A DNA stretch of 32,000 bases from Pasteurella multocida (lineage in GTDB: Bacteria; Pseudomonadota; Gammaproteobacteria; Enterobacterales; Pasteurellaceae), in contig NZ_LT906458.1 of the NCBI RefSeq assembly GCF_900187275.1, forward strand, positions 210,001 through 242,000, written 5' to 3'. Of the stretch, positions 8,407 through 17,532 are shown piece after piece. The notes beneath the pieces are model-generated. The model saw only the letters and a program-made list of their open reading frames with translations. It was not told the origin of the DNA and did not search any database. The stretch's first letter is position 1, and each line of letters starts with the position of its first letter. The position numbers were made by a program, and so were the translations under genes.

Positions 8407-9456
8407 TTATTCTGGCTTTAATAGAAAGACACCGTGTTCAGCTAAGTGCACATAGGCTTCTTTCAACTCAGGGTTAAATTGCTCTGGGTTGGTGTTGACT
8501 AACAGATCTTGTCCTCCCCAATTGGCGACAATCTCCCAATGATTCCCCATATACACCGCACTTTTAATGCTACAACGTTGTGCAGCTTCGCCTGTTTCTT
8601 TAAAAGAAATGGCTTCTGGGCGGATACCGACTAAGCATGCTCCGTCTGTTAATCCAAACTGGGTGGCATTATTGAGCTTAAATTGGTAGCCGTTTACGGT
8701 GACTTGATCTTGTTGCAATGTACCTTGGAAGATACTGGATTCGCCCATGAAGTTAGCGAGAAACAGCGAGTTTGGACGCAAATACAGTTCTTTGGCCGGT
8801 GCTTTTTGCATGATTTTCCCTTTATGCATCACGATAACTTCATCGGATACGGCAAAGGCTTCCGTTTGATCGTGGGTCACATACAGTGAAGTAATGCCTA
8901 AACGTTGTTGTAACTCTCGGATTTTTTCACGCATAGAGCGACGTAAATTGGCGTCAAGGTTACTGAGCGGTTCATCAAATAACAGCACTTTCGGCTTAAG
9001 CACTAAGGCACGTGCTAGTGCAACACGTTGTTGTTGACCACCAGAAATTTGATCCACATAACGATCTTCAAATCCAGCTAGGTCAACCAGTTCCAGTGCT
9101 TCTTTAACACGTTTGGCACGTTCTTCTTTACTGACACCTTGCATTTTTAAACCATAGCCAACGTTATCACCGATGGACATATGAGGGAAAAGCGCATAAG
9201 ACTGGAAAACAATACAAATATCACGATTTTGGATCGACGATTTTGTGACATCTTCGCCATCAATGAATATTTGCCCTGAAGTTGGGCTTTCTAAGCCTGC
9301 CACTAAACGTAATACAGTGGTTTTCCCACAACCAGAAGGACCTAACAGTGTGACCATGGTGCCACGTTTAATGCTGAGATCTAAATTATCAATCACTACG
9401 GCTTTACCAAATGCTTTTGTGACATTTTTTAACACTAAGAAATCGTTATTACTCAT
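8407..9456 (-). CDS. afuC: ABC transporter ATP-binding protein (AfuC/FbpC type)
   Basis: Walker [10 protein letters not shown], signature [15 protein letters not shown], Walker B LLFDEPLS, and a C-terminal regulatory extension typical of FbpC/PotA/MalK-type importer ATPases. It is the last gene of the afu operon. Confidence 0.85.
   Translation of the reverse strand: MSNNDFLVLKNVTKAFGKAVVIDNLDLSIKRGTMVTLLGPSGCGKTTVLRLVAGLESPTSGQIFIDGEDVTKSSIQNRDICIVFQSYALFPHMSIGDNVGYGLKMQGVSKEERAKRVKEALELVDLAGFEDRYVDQISGGQQQRVALARALVLKPKVLLFDEPLSNLDANLRRSMREKIRELQQRLGITSLYVTHDQTEAFAVSDEVIVMHKGKIMQKAPAKELYLRPNSLFLANFMGESSIFQGTLQQDQVTVNGYQFKLNNATQFGLTDGACLVGIRPEAISFKETGEAAQRCSIKSAVYMGNHWEIVANWGGQDLLVNTNPEQFNPELKEAYVHLAEHGVFLLKPE
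8555..8563 (-). repeat. Uptake signal sequence core (Hin-type)
   Basis: Exact reverse complement ACCGCACTT followed by ttaa. Confidence 0.8.
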
Positions 9457-9473
9457 ATTCTACTACCTATCAA

Positions 9474-11531
9474 TTAATTCATTTTTTTCGCTTTAGAACG
9501 TGAAATGCGCGTATCGCCCACGATCCAGTCAAAGAATAAGATAATCGCCATCATTACTACGATGAGGATTGAACCATATGCAATTGCAATACCGTATTCA
9601 CCATCTTCTACACGGTTTAAAATATAGGAGGTTGCCACGCGTGTATCTGCGGTAACCAAGAAAATAATCGCGCTGACTGTGGTCATTGAGCGGACGAAAC
9701 TGGTTACTAAAGCAGAAAGTAAAGCAGGTTTTAAGAGTGGGAAGACAATATACCAAATGGTTTTGAAGGAGCTACCTTTTAAGGAAAGGGAAGCTTCATC
9801 AAGCGATTTGTCTAATTGACCTAAGCCTGCAATAGCAGCACGCATCCCCACAGGCATATTACGCATGACCATTGATAAAATAATGATCATCGCTGTCCCA
9901 GTGAGATAAATTGGTGAGCTGTTGAAGGCAATAATATAGGATACCCCTGCTACGGTACCGGGTACAGCGAAACACAGTAAGGTTAAAAATTCCAAGGTTT
10001 TCTTGCCTTTGAATTCACGGCGAACCGTAATATAAGCAATCAGTAAACCAAATAAGGCGGTCACTGGCGCTGCACTGGCAGCAAAAATCACGGTTTGAAT
10101 TAAAGAAGGCCATGCACCGTCACTAAAACCTTGTCCAAACAGGATTTGATAGTTTTTTAAGGTGAGTGTGTAGTCAACTCCCCAGTTCACGGTGAAACTG
10201 CCGTAGAAGATACTGCCGTACAGAACAAGGTTAAATAGCGTCCAAAAGCCAAGGAAAAAGACGATAATCCCTTTTAGCCCATTTGGCAATTCTTGCACAT
10301 CACCGCGGTACGATTTACCAGAAACAGTCACATAGGAACGTTTACCAATCCATAAATATTGAATCACGAAAATCGCCAGTGAGAACATTAAGAGAATCGT
10401 ACCTAATGTACTGGCTGAAGCATAATCTAATTGTGAACCCGCAATATAGAAGTAAATTTGAGTCGCAATGACATCAAAGCTTCCGCCAAGGACAAGTGGA
10501 GTACTGAAGTCCGCGAGGGATTGGATGACGACCACTAAGAAGGAGTTGGCTAATGCAGGTTTGAGCAATGGGAAAATAATATGGAAGAACGCTTGGTAAC
10601 GATTTGAGCGTAACGTATAAGCTGCCTCTTCAATCGAAGGGTGGATCGATTTTAAGGCACCTTCCAAGATCATAAAAGACATAGGGGTGAGTGCTAAGGT
10701 ATGGGCAATCACAATACCAGTAAAGCCATATAGCCAGTTACTGCTAAAACCTAAATATTCCACTAAAAAAGCAGTGACATACCCTGAGCGTCCAAGCATT
10801 AAAGTAACCCCTAAACCGACCACAAAAGGCGGGGTAACAATTGGCAGAATAGAGAAAATTTTACCAATGAACGCCGTACGTTTAGCGATACGTGTGGTAT
10901 AGAGGGCAAAGGCTAAACCAAAAATGGTGGATAGCACACCGACCACAGAGGAGACGGCAAGCGAGTTTTCTACAACGCGAATCACATAAGGTTGTTGGAT
11001 AATTTCGGCGACTTGTTGCGGTTTAAACTCACCATTATCAAAGAACATGGAAAGTAAAATGGCAAAAGTCGGGTAAACGATAAAGAAAAAAATCGTCATC
11101 ACAATCGCAATGAGCGAGGCGATGACAAATTTATCCCCCTGCATGACTTTTAATTGTGCTAAAGCATTTGTCGCAAGGGCGAGAAGTGCCACCATGAGAA
11201 TGATGACGGAATACCCTAGGCTAAACTTGGCTACTGTGGCAGAGATAAAGACAAATAAGAAAATCGCTGCAATCAGAGCAAGTTCTATTTTGGCGCGTTT
11301 TGTACTTTCTTTTGGAAAAATCAAAGATAAAACGGGAAAAATGAGTACGGCTAAAAACCAAGACCAACTCAAATTGAGATTATACCAGCCCATAGCTTCA
11401 AGCATTTCATCGCTGGTAGAGTCCCATAAGCCGTAATCTAAGGCTTTTGATGGTAAAAGGGCAAAGCCTAATAAGGCGAATAACACCCAAATTAATGGTG
11501 TGCTAAATGTGAAAGTGTTTTTCTGCTCCAT
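9474..11531 (-). CDS. afuB: ABC transporter permease, fused double-domain (AfuB/FbpB type)
   Basis: 685 aa, highly hydrophobic, with two permease halves as in FbpB/AfuB. SD agagg lies 5 nt before the ATG. It sits between afuA and afuC. Confidence 0.85.
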   Translation of the reverse strand: MEQKNTFTFSTPLIWVLFALLGFALLPSKALDYGLWDSTSDEMLEAMGWYNLNLSWSWFLAVLIFPVLSLIFPKESTKRAKIELALIAAIFLFVFISATVAKFSLGYSVIILMVALLALATNALAQLKVMQGDKFVIASLIAIVMTIFFFIVYPTFAILLSMFFDNGEFKPQQVAEIIQQPYVIRVVENSLAVSSVVGVLSTIFGLAFALYTTRIAKRTAFIGKIFSILPIVTPPFVVGLGVTLMLGRSGYVTAFLVEYLGFSSNWLYGFTGIVIAHTLALTPMSFMILEGALKSIHPSIEEAAYTLRSNRYQAFFHIIFPLLKPALANSFLVVVIQSLADFSTPLVLGGSFDVIATQIYFYIAGSQLDYASASTLGTILLMFSLAIFVIQYLWIGKRSYVTVSGKSYRGDVQELPNGLKGIIVFFLGFWTLFNLVLYGSIFYGSFTVNWGVDYTLTLKNYQILFGQGFSDGAWPSLIQTVIFAASAAPVTALFGLLIAYITVRREFKGKKTLEFLTLLCFAVPGTVAGVSYIIAFNSSPIYLTGTAMIIILSMVMRNMPVGMRAAIAGLGQLDKSLDEASLSLKGSSFKTIWYIVFPLLKPALLSALVTSFVRSMTTVSAIIFLVTADTRVATSYILNRVEDGEYGIAIAYGSILIVVMMAIILFFDWIVGDTRISRSKAKKMN

Positions 11532-11559
11532 AAAGACCTCTAATTAAGCAGTAATAGAC

Positions 11560-11589
11560 CATTCAATAGGGGCTTGCCCCTATTGAATG
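11560..11589 (-). other. Intercistronic perfect stem-loop between afuA and afuB
   Basis: 13-bp perfect stem cattcaatagggg (11560-11572) / cccctattgaatg (11577-11589) with loop cttg. No U-run follows on the transcribed (minus) strand, so it is not a canonical terminator. Confidence 0.6.
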
Positions 11590-11676
11590 AAGAAATAAAA
11601 AATCCTCTTTACTTATCAAGAATGATAAATTTTTTGTTGAACAACGTGTGAATCATATTAAATGTATTTCCACCAA

Positions 11677-12711
11677 CTATTTTGCAAGTTTGACTTCATC
11701 TACCCATTTTTTGATCAGACGTTTACGTTCTTCTACAGCACCATATTTATCAAAATCGTAATTAATTAAATTAATTGATTTAAAGTCGAGAGAATAAGGT
11801 GATTGTTTTGCTTGAGTATTGGTTAAAATCTGGTGCGTTTCCCCTTTTTGCCAAGATAATTCTTGTGCTTCTTTTGATAATGCCCAATCTACAAATAATT
11901 TAGCATTATCGAGGTTTCTCGCGCCTTTAATAATACTGACCCCGCCAATTTCGTAACCTGTTCCTTCACAAGGGACGATTAATTCAACAGGCGCCCCTTT
12001 TTCTTTTTCAATGGAATGTTCATGTAAGAACCCGATACCAATAGCCGCTTCTCCTCGCGCAGTATTGCGTGTCGCCGTGTTACCGGACTTGGTATATTGC
12101 GACACGTTTTTATGTAAATCCGTCAAATAACGAAACGCCTTGTCTTCCCCCCAAAGTTGGATAAAAGTCGCTAATGCTGTGTAGGCTGTTCCTGAGCTTT
12201 GTGGATCGGCGGCTTGGATTTCATTTTTCAAGCGTGGATCGGTCAAATCTTGCCAACATTTAGGAACGGGAATATTCAATTTGGCTAAACGTTCTGTGTT
12301 TACTCCAAAACCGAGTACCCCTAAATAAATGGCGGAAGTGTAATTCCCTTTGACTTTAGCGGGATCTTTGAGTTCATCCGGAATGTATTGCAAATTAGGT
12401 GATTGATAAGCAGAGAGGAGCCCCATTTCTCCAGCTTGTGAATGGGGATCTAGCGTACCGCCATACCAAACATCACCCTGAGGATTGGCTTTTTCTGCCT
12501 CTATTCGCGCTAAAATACTGCCTGTTCCCGCACGAATATGGCTGACTTTGACGTCATACTTTTTGCCAAATGCCTCAACTTCTTGCTCACACATCGTGTT
12601 TTGTGCACTGCAATAAACAGTTAATCGCCCTTCTGCGAAAGCGAGAGAGGAGAGCAATCCGCCACTGAGTAAAAGTGCGGTGGAAATGGCAGAGATTTTT
12701 AATGTTTTCAT
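11677..12711 (-). CDS. afuA: AfuA-family periplasmic substrate-binding protein, paralogue 1 (nearest to afuB)
   Basis: Signal peptide MKTLKISAISTALLLSGGLLSSLAFA|EG, with SD aggag upstream. AfuA hallmark blocks are present: GRL.VYCSA, DVWYGG, GFGVNTERL, ADPQSSGTAYTA, NTARGE, VPCEGTGYE.GG. Confidence 0.85.
   Translation of the reverse strand: MKTLKISAISTALLLSGGLLSSLAFAEGRLTVYCSAQNTMCEQEVEAFGKKYDVKVSHIRAGTGSILARIEAEKANPQGDVWYGGTLDPHSQAGEMGLLSAYQSPNLQYIPDELKDPAKVKGNYTSAIYLGVLGFGVNTERLAKLNIPVPKCWQDLTDPRLKNEIQAADPQSSGTAYTALATFIQLWGEDKAFRYLTDLHKNVSQYTKSGNTATRNTARGEAAIGIGFLHEHSIEKEKGAPVELIVPCEGTGYEIGGVSIIKGARNLDNAKLFVDWALSKEAQELSWQKGETHQILTNTQAKQSPYSLDFKSINLINYDFDKYGAVEERKRLIKKWVDEVKLAK
12673..12681 (+). 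repeat. Uptake signal sequence core (Hin-type)
   Basis: Exact 9-mer. Confidence 0.8.
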
Positions 12712-12723
12712 GCTGACTCCTGA

Positions 12724-13746
12724 CTATTTATTGAGTTTGATTTTATCAACCCATTTTCCGATGAGGTGACTACGCATTTCATTTGAACCAAATTTATCAA
12801 AGTCATAATTAATTAAGTTCAATTCACTTGGCTTAAGCGCATAAGGTGACGGTTCGGCGTGAATATTAGTTGGTACATGGTGTGATTGCGCTTCCTTCCA
12901 AGACAGTTCCTGTGCTTCTTTTGACATAACCCAATCAGCAAAGAGCTGCGCATTTTTTAAGTTACGCGCATCTTTAATCACACTGATGCCACCCAATTCA
13001 TACCCTGTCCCTTCACAAGGTACAACCAATTCGATTGGCGCACCATTTTCTTTTTCAAAAGAATAGTTTTGTAGGAAGCCGATGCCAACAGTGGTTTCAC
13101 CGCGCGCCGTATTGCGTGACGGTGCGGTCCCTGCTTTTGGATATTGCGAAATATGCTGATCAAGTTGTTTTAAATAATCAAATGCTTGTTCTTCTCCCCA
13201 AAGTTGCACGAACGTGGCAATAGCCGTATATGCTGTACCTGAACTTTGTGGGTCAGCCATTTGAATTTCATTTTTAAAACGAGGATCAGCTAAATCTTTC
13301 CAGCATTTTGGCACGTCCTTGATCCCTAACTTTTTCAAACGTTCCGTATTGACCCCAAAACCGAGTACCCCCATATAGACAATGGAGCTTTTGCCATCAC
13401 CTAATTTTTGGAATTGTGGCATCACTTCACTGAGTTTAGGGAATGGATAAGGACTTAATAAACCGAGTTCAGCCGCTTGTAAGTGAGTATCAAAAGGTCC
13501 ACCATACCAAACGTCAGCCTGCGGGTTATTTTTTTCTGCATCGATTTTCGCTAGGGTACTGCCCGAGCTATTACGGATAAAAGAGGTTTTGACATCATAT
13601 TTTTTTGCAAAACCTTGTACTGCTTTTTCACAAACAACATTTTGTGCACTGCAGTAAACGACTAATCTGCCTTCGCCCTTTGCCACATTAGTGGCAGTTA
13701 AACCTGCCACTAACATGCCAAATAGGGCAAGATGTGTTTTTTTCAT
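12724..13746 (-). CDS. afuA: AfuA-family periplasmic substrate-binding protein, paralogue 2 (most divergent)
   Basis: I prefer the ATG at 13746 (MKKTHLALFGMLVAGLTATNVAKG.., SD agaggg upstream) over the track's GTG at 13770. It has the same hallmark blocks, but one loop is rewritten and 3 residues shorter (PQFQKLGDGKSSIVYMG), and a C-terminal segment is divergent. Confidence 0.82.
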   Translation of the reverse strand: MKKTHLALFGMLVAGLTATNVAKGEGRLVVYCSAQNVVCEKAVQGFAKKYDVKTSFIRNSSGSTLAKIDAEKNNPQADVWYGGPFDTHLQAAELGLLSPYPFPKLSEVMPQFQKLGDGKSSIVYMGVLGFGVNTERLKKLGIKDVPKCWKDLADPRFKNEIQMADPQSSGTAYTAIATFVQLWGEEQAFDYLKQLDQHISQYPKAGTAPSRNTARGETTVGIGFLQNYSFEKENGAPIELVVPCEGTGYELGGISVIKDARNLKNAQLFADWVMSKEAQELSWKEAQSHHVPTNIHAEPSPYALKPSELNLINYDFDKFGSNEMRSHLIGKWVDKIKLNK

Positions 13747-13769
13747 GGTTTGCCCTCTTTTTTGTCTCA

Positions 13770-14807
13770 CTATTTCGATAATTTGATACTATCTACCCAT
13801 TTACCAATCAAGCGTTTACGCTCATCCGCGGCACCGTATTTTTCAAAATCATAATCGATTAAGTTTAATTTTGTTGGATCAAAAGCGGTTGGTGATTGTT
13901 GGGCTGTGGTATTTGTTAAGATCTGTAGGCTATTGCCTTTTTGCCAAGCAAGCTCTTGTCCTTCTTTCGATAAGACCCAGTCTACGAAGAGTTTAGCGTT
14001 ATCTAAGTTACGCGCACCTTTGAGGATACTCACCCCACCAAGTTCATAGCCCGTACCTTCACATGGCACGATCATTTCAATTGGCGCACCTTGTTGTTTT
14101 TGTAGGGCGTAGTCATGTAAGAAACCAATACCAATGGTCGTTTCGCCACGTGCCGTGTTATTGGACGGTGTGATACCAGATTTTGTGTATTGAGAAATGT
14201 TTGGATGTAAGTTTTTGAAGTAATCAAATGCGGCTTCTTCTCCCCAAAGTTGAACGAAGGTAGCGATAGCTGTGTAAGCTGTACCAGAACTTTGTGGATC
14301 GGCAATTTGAATTTCCCCTTTTAATCGAGGGTCTGTTAAATCCTTCCAGCATTTTGGTACTTCATTGATGCCTAGTTTTTTGAGGCGTTCTGTATTCACA
14401 CCAAAACCTAAAATCCCCATGTAAATCGCAGAAGTATAGTTACCTTTCACTTTTGCAGGGTCTTGGAAACGTGGCACAATTTGATCAACATTAGGCGAAC
14501 GGTAAGGCTGTAATAGACCTAATTCACCGGCTTGTGATTGTGGGTCAAAAGTTCCGCCATACCAAACATCCGCTTGAGGGTTATTTTTTTCAGCTTCAAT
14601 TTTCGCAAATGTACTGCCTGAGCCGTTGCGAATAAATGAGGTTTTCACATCATATTTTTCACCGAATGCTTTAATTTCTGCCTCACACATTTCATTTGTC
14701 GCACTACAATATACGACTAAACGCCCTTTGGCGTAGGCTTGTGAAGCCAGTAACCCAGTAGCTAAAAGTGCGCTTGAAATGGCGAAAGAAAGTTTTTTGA
14801 ATTTCAT
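13770..14807 (-). CDS. afuA: AfuA-family periplasmic substrate-binding protein, paralogue 3 (first gene of the operon)
   Basis: I prefer the ATG at 14807 (MKFKKLSFAISSALLATGLLASQAYA|KG, SD aagggg upstream) over the upstream ATG at 14849. It has the same hallmark blocks as paralogue 1. Confidence 0.85.
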   Translation of the reverse strand: MKFKKLSFAISSALLATGLLASQAYAKGRLVVYCSATNEMCEAEIKAFGEKYDVKTSFIRNGSGSTFAKIEAEKNNPQADVWYGGTFDPQSQAGELGLLQPYRSPNVDQIVPRFQDPAKVKGNYTSAIYMGILGFGVNTERLKKLGINEVPKCWKDLTDPRLKGEIQIADPQSSGTAYTAIATFVQLWGEEAAFDYFKNLHPNISQYTKSGITPSNNTARGETTIGIGFLHDYALQKQQGAPIEMIVPCEGTGYELGGVSILKGARNLDNAKLFVDWVLSKEGQELAWQKGNSLQILTNTTAQQSPTAFDPTKLNLIDYDFEKYGAADERKRLIGKWVDSIKLSK

Positions 14808-14902
14808 AGTGATTGCCCCTTTTCGTATTAGAAAAAAATGATATGTCACAAGTACATAACGTCATAAAGTGATTCTAAATCCTACAGCAAAGTAAAGGAG
14901 AA

Positions 14903-14924
14903 TACCGTGAGAGTTATCACAAAA
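14903..14924. promoter_or_regulatory. Near-consensus CRP binding site in the afuA/udk divergent intergenic region
   Basis: The core CGTGA-GAGTTA-TCACA (14906-14921) differs from TGTGA-N6-TCACA at one position. It lies about 106 bp upstream of the afuA paralogue-3 ATG. A TAGAAT -10-like hexamer sits on the minus strand at 14872-14877. Confidence 0.55.
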
Positions 14925-15020
14925 TAGAGATTCTTTACTCCAAATTATGGTAAATGAGCAAAATATCTGCTTTATTTTATCTGTCTTGGAATTGTGCTAT
15001 TAAAAGTGGATTTTTTTCTT

Positions 15021-15026
15021 TATAAT
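15021..15026 (+). promoter_or_regulatory. Candidate -10 hexamer for udk-dcd operon
   Basis: Perfect TATAAT 36 nt upstream of the udk ATG. There is no convincing -35. Confidence 0.35.
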
Positions 15027-15061
15027 TTGTCGATCAAAACAACGCTTTTTTAGGGATAGCT

Positions 15062-15712
15062 ATGTCAAACTCATCAACACCATCTTGTATTATTATTGCC
15101 ATCGCTGGGGCTTCAGCATCAGGAAAAAGCTTAATTGCCTCAACTGTTCATCGAGAGTTGTGTGATGAGCTAGGTTGCGAAGAAATTGGCATTATTTCCG
15201 AAGACTCTTATTATAAAGATCAAAGTCATTTGGATATGGAAGATCGAATTAAAACCAACTATGATCATCCTAATTCTATGGATAGACACCTTTTAATTGA
15301 ACACCTCAAAGCACTCAAATCTGGTCAACCTGTTGATATTCCCGTCTATAGCTACGTTGAGCATACTCGAACCAATCAAGTCCAACACTTTGAACCTAAA
15401 AAAGTGATCATTCTGGAAGGGATTTTATTGCTTACTGATGAAAAATTGCGTGATGAAGTCAGTGTCTCTGTTTTTGTCGATACACCACTGGATATTTGTT
15501 TTATTCGTCGCTTACAACGTGACATGAAAGAACGTGGTCGAAGTTTAGAATCGGTGGTGGAGCAGTATCGTAAAACAGTGCGTCCCATGTTTTTACAGTT
15601 TATTGAGCCCTCTAAACAATATGCTGATATCGTGATCCCGCGAGGTGGTAAAAATCGAATTGCCATTAATATGTTAAAAGCACAAATTAGACAACTTTTG
15701 GGAAAACGTTAA
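15062..15712 (+). CDS. udk: Uridine/cytidine kinase
   Basis: P-loop GASASGKS, 216 aa, with conserved YDHP and IILEGILLL blocks. It lies next to dcd, as in E. coli. Confidence 0.93.
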   Translation: MSNSSTPSCIIIAIAGASASGKSLIASTVHRELCDELGCEEIGIISEDSYYKDQSHLDMEDRIKTNYDHPNSMDRHLLIEHLKALKSGQPVDIPVYSYVEHTRTNQVQHFEPKKVIILEGILLLTDEKLRDEVSVSVFVDTPLDICFIRRLQRDMKERGRSLESVVEQYRKTVRPMFLQFIEPSKQYADIVIPRGGKNRIAINMLKAQIRQLLGKR

Positions 15713-15728
15713 CAGTAAGGAGCTGAGA

Positions 15729-16313
15729 ATGAGATTATGTGATACTGATATTGAACGTTATTTAGATGATGGCATTATCGCGTTAACCCCTCGACCGAGT
15801 AATGACAAAATTAATGGTGCAACGATCGATGTTCGTTTAGGGAATTCTTTCCGCGTTTTCCGTGAGCATTCCGCACCTTATATTGATCTCAGTGGTCCAA
15901 AAGAACAAGTCTCAGCCCAATTGGAATCGGTGATGAGTGAAGAAATTCTGATTGGTGAAAATGACGCCTTCTTTTTACATCCTGGTGAGTTGGCATTAGC
16001 CACAACACTTGAGTCGGTTAAGTTACCGGCAAATATTATTGGGTGGTTAGATGGACGTTCTTCACTTGCGCGTTTAGGTTTAATGGTACATGTGACGGCA
16101 CACCGTATTGATCCTGGTTGGGAAGGGCGAATTGTATTGGAATTTTTTAATTCAGGTAAGTTACCCTTAGCACTACGTCCCAATATGGTGATTGGTGCGT
16201 TAAGTTTTGAAATTTTGAGTGGTTATGCTGCGCGTCCATATAGCAGTCGTAAGAATGCAAAATACAAAAATCAGCAAAGTGCGGTAGCCAGTCGTATTGA
16301 TGAGGATAAATAA
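15729..16313 (+). CDS. dcd: dCTP deaminase
   Basis: [53 protein letters not shown]: full-length match to Dcd, 194 aa. Confidence 0.95.
   Translation: MRLCDTDIERYLDDGIIALTPRPSNDKINGATIDVRLGNSFRVFREHSAPYIDLSGPKEQVSAQLESVMSEEILIGENDAFFLHPGELALATTLESVKLPANIIGWLDGRSSLARLGLMVHVTAHRIDPGWEGRIVLEFFNSGKLPLALRPNMVIGALSFEILSGYAARPYSSRKNAKYKNQQSAVASRIDEDK
16277..16285 (+). repeat. Uptake signal sequence core (Hin-type)
   Basis: Exact 9-mer. Confidence 0.8.
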
Positions 16314-16314
16314 A

Positions 16315-17529
16315 ATGTTGAAAAAGATCGCCATCAGTTTTTGTGCTGTCATTGTGGCGATCTTTGCGCTTGCATATTGGCAAATTGATCGTGTCAATGC
16401 TGTCTTAACCAACGTCCTCAATGAAAAACACATTACATTTTCTCAACTCGATTTTACCTTCTTTCCTCAAGTCGAAATCCGATTATCCGATGTCAAATGG
16501 CAGGACCAACAAGTGCGGTCTGTTTTTGCGCCAAAAGTTTATTTACAATCTGAGTTTTGGTCGCTGTTGGCGCTAGAAAAGCGAGTGAAGACAGTACGCT
16601 TTGAACAAATGGATGTCTGGTATTCAGGTCAACATGAACCAGATCTGGTTGGAATAACAGGGGAAATTGCAGGGGACTTTCTGATTGAACCCAACCAAAT
16701 TCAGCTGGCGAATATCTTGCTGAAGATGACTTTTGCGAAACCCATTTTATTTAATACACAACAATTGGAGATCGCATTACAGAAAGGTTCTATCAAACAA
16801 CATTCTGCATTAGATTGGCAAGTGATTTTCGATGATGTGAAAATCAATGGTGAACATTTCGTTCTTTTTACACTTAAGGCAACTCAGCAGCCGACAATGT
16901 TGTCAACAGTATCTGAACTGCATTATGCCCATTCACAATCTCAATCACAATTTGATTTACAGCTCTTCAATAAAGTCAATTCAACTCAGCGAGTGCGTTT
17001 TGTAGGGAAAAATATTGCGTTAGCACCTTGGCAAAAAATGTTGAACTTGCCTTATTTGCTTACTGGGGAGGCAGATATTTCGGGGGATTTGGTGTTAACC
17101 GACACGAAAACAGAAAAAGGCAAAGTGGCAATACGAATGGCTGAAGGGCACTTTAATGGTTTAAATTTATTAGACTTGGTGACGAAATATCTGCCTATTC
17201 ACTATGATGAAGCGCGTTTTAATCGCAACGATCTCAATACCTCATTTCAACACTTGCAATCCTCCCTTTCTTGGGATGCGACAAAATTAAACCTAGATAC
17301 ATTGACTTTTCATATTGATAAAGTCCGAGTGTCTGGGCAAGGTGCAGTAAATTTGAAAACGATGACTTGTGATGTGACGCTGAATTTAGGGTTGACTTCC
17401 CCGCAGTATCAGCATTTTTCCTTACCTATCCGCTTTTTCGACAGTTGTTCTTCTCCGCAATATAAAGTGGAATTTAATCAGAATTTACGTCATCAATTAA
17501 AAGATCTTATTAAAGAAAAATTGAGGTAA
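16315..17529 (+). CDS. Short AsmA-family-like envelope protein
   Basis: It occupies the asmA slot of the conserved udk-dcd-asmA arrangement. An N-terminal membrane anchor MLKKIAISFCAVIVAIFALAYW is followed by a predicted beta-rich region resembling the AsmA N-terminus. I prefer the ATG at 16315 (SD gagga 8 nt upstream, 1 nt after the dcd stop) over 16297. It is about 404 aa, against about 617 aa for E. coli AsmA. Confidence 0.6.
   Translation: MLKKIAISFCAVIVAIFALAYWQIDRVNAVLTNVLNEKHITFSQLDFTFFPQVEIRLSDVKWQDQQVRSVFAPKVYLQSEFWSLLALEKRVKTVRFEQMDVWYSGQHEPDLVGITGEIAGDFLIEPNQIQLANILLKMTFAKPILFNTQQLEIALQKGSIKQHSALDWQVIFDDVKINGEHFVLFTLKATQQPTMLSTVSELHYAHSQSQSQFDLQLFNKVNSTQRVRFVGKNIALAPWQKMLNLPYLLTGEADISGDLVLTDTKTEKGKVAIRMAEGHFNGLNLLDLVTKYLPIHYDEARFNRNDLNTSFQHLQSSLSWDATKLNLDTLTFHIDKVRVSGQGAVNLKTMTCDVTLNLGLTSPQYQHFSLPIRFFDSCSSPQYKVEFNQNLRHQLKDLIKEKLR
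16511..16519 (+). repeat. Uptake signal sequence core (Hin-type)
   Basis: Exact 9-mer followed by ctgttttt. Confidence 0.8.
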
Positions 17530-17532
17530 TTT

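Noticed and set aside
9245-11436. Several 60-110-aa plus-strand ORFs (9245-9496, 10283-10471, 10687-10902, 11110-11436)
   Set aside because: All are nested antisense within afuC/afuB, whose own frames carry clear ABC motifs. They are shadow ORFs.
14831-14849. Possible Fur box (gaaaaaaatgatatgtcac) upstream of afuA
   Set aside because: It matches only about half of the 19-bp Fur consensus, which is not better than expected in AT-rich DNA.
13747-14849. N-terminal extensions in the ORF track (GTG at 13770; ATG at 14849; likewise 26549 for nrdG, 21492 for the DUF533 gene, 16297 for the asmA-like gene)
   Set aside because: Downstream ATGs are preceded by good SD sequences. They give canonical signal peptides or align exactly with homologue N-termini, so the extensions are probably untranslated.
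15376-16433. Minus-strand ORFs 15376-15666, 15878-16183, 16147-16383 and 16200-16433
   Set aside because: They are antisense to udk, dcd and the asmA-like gene, and no independent signals support them.
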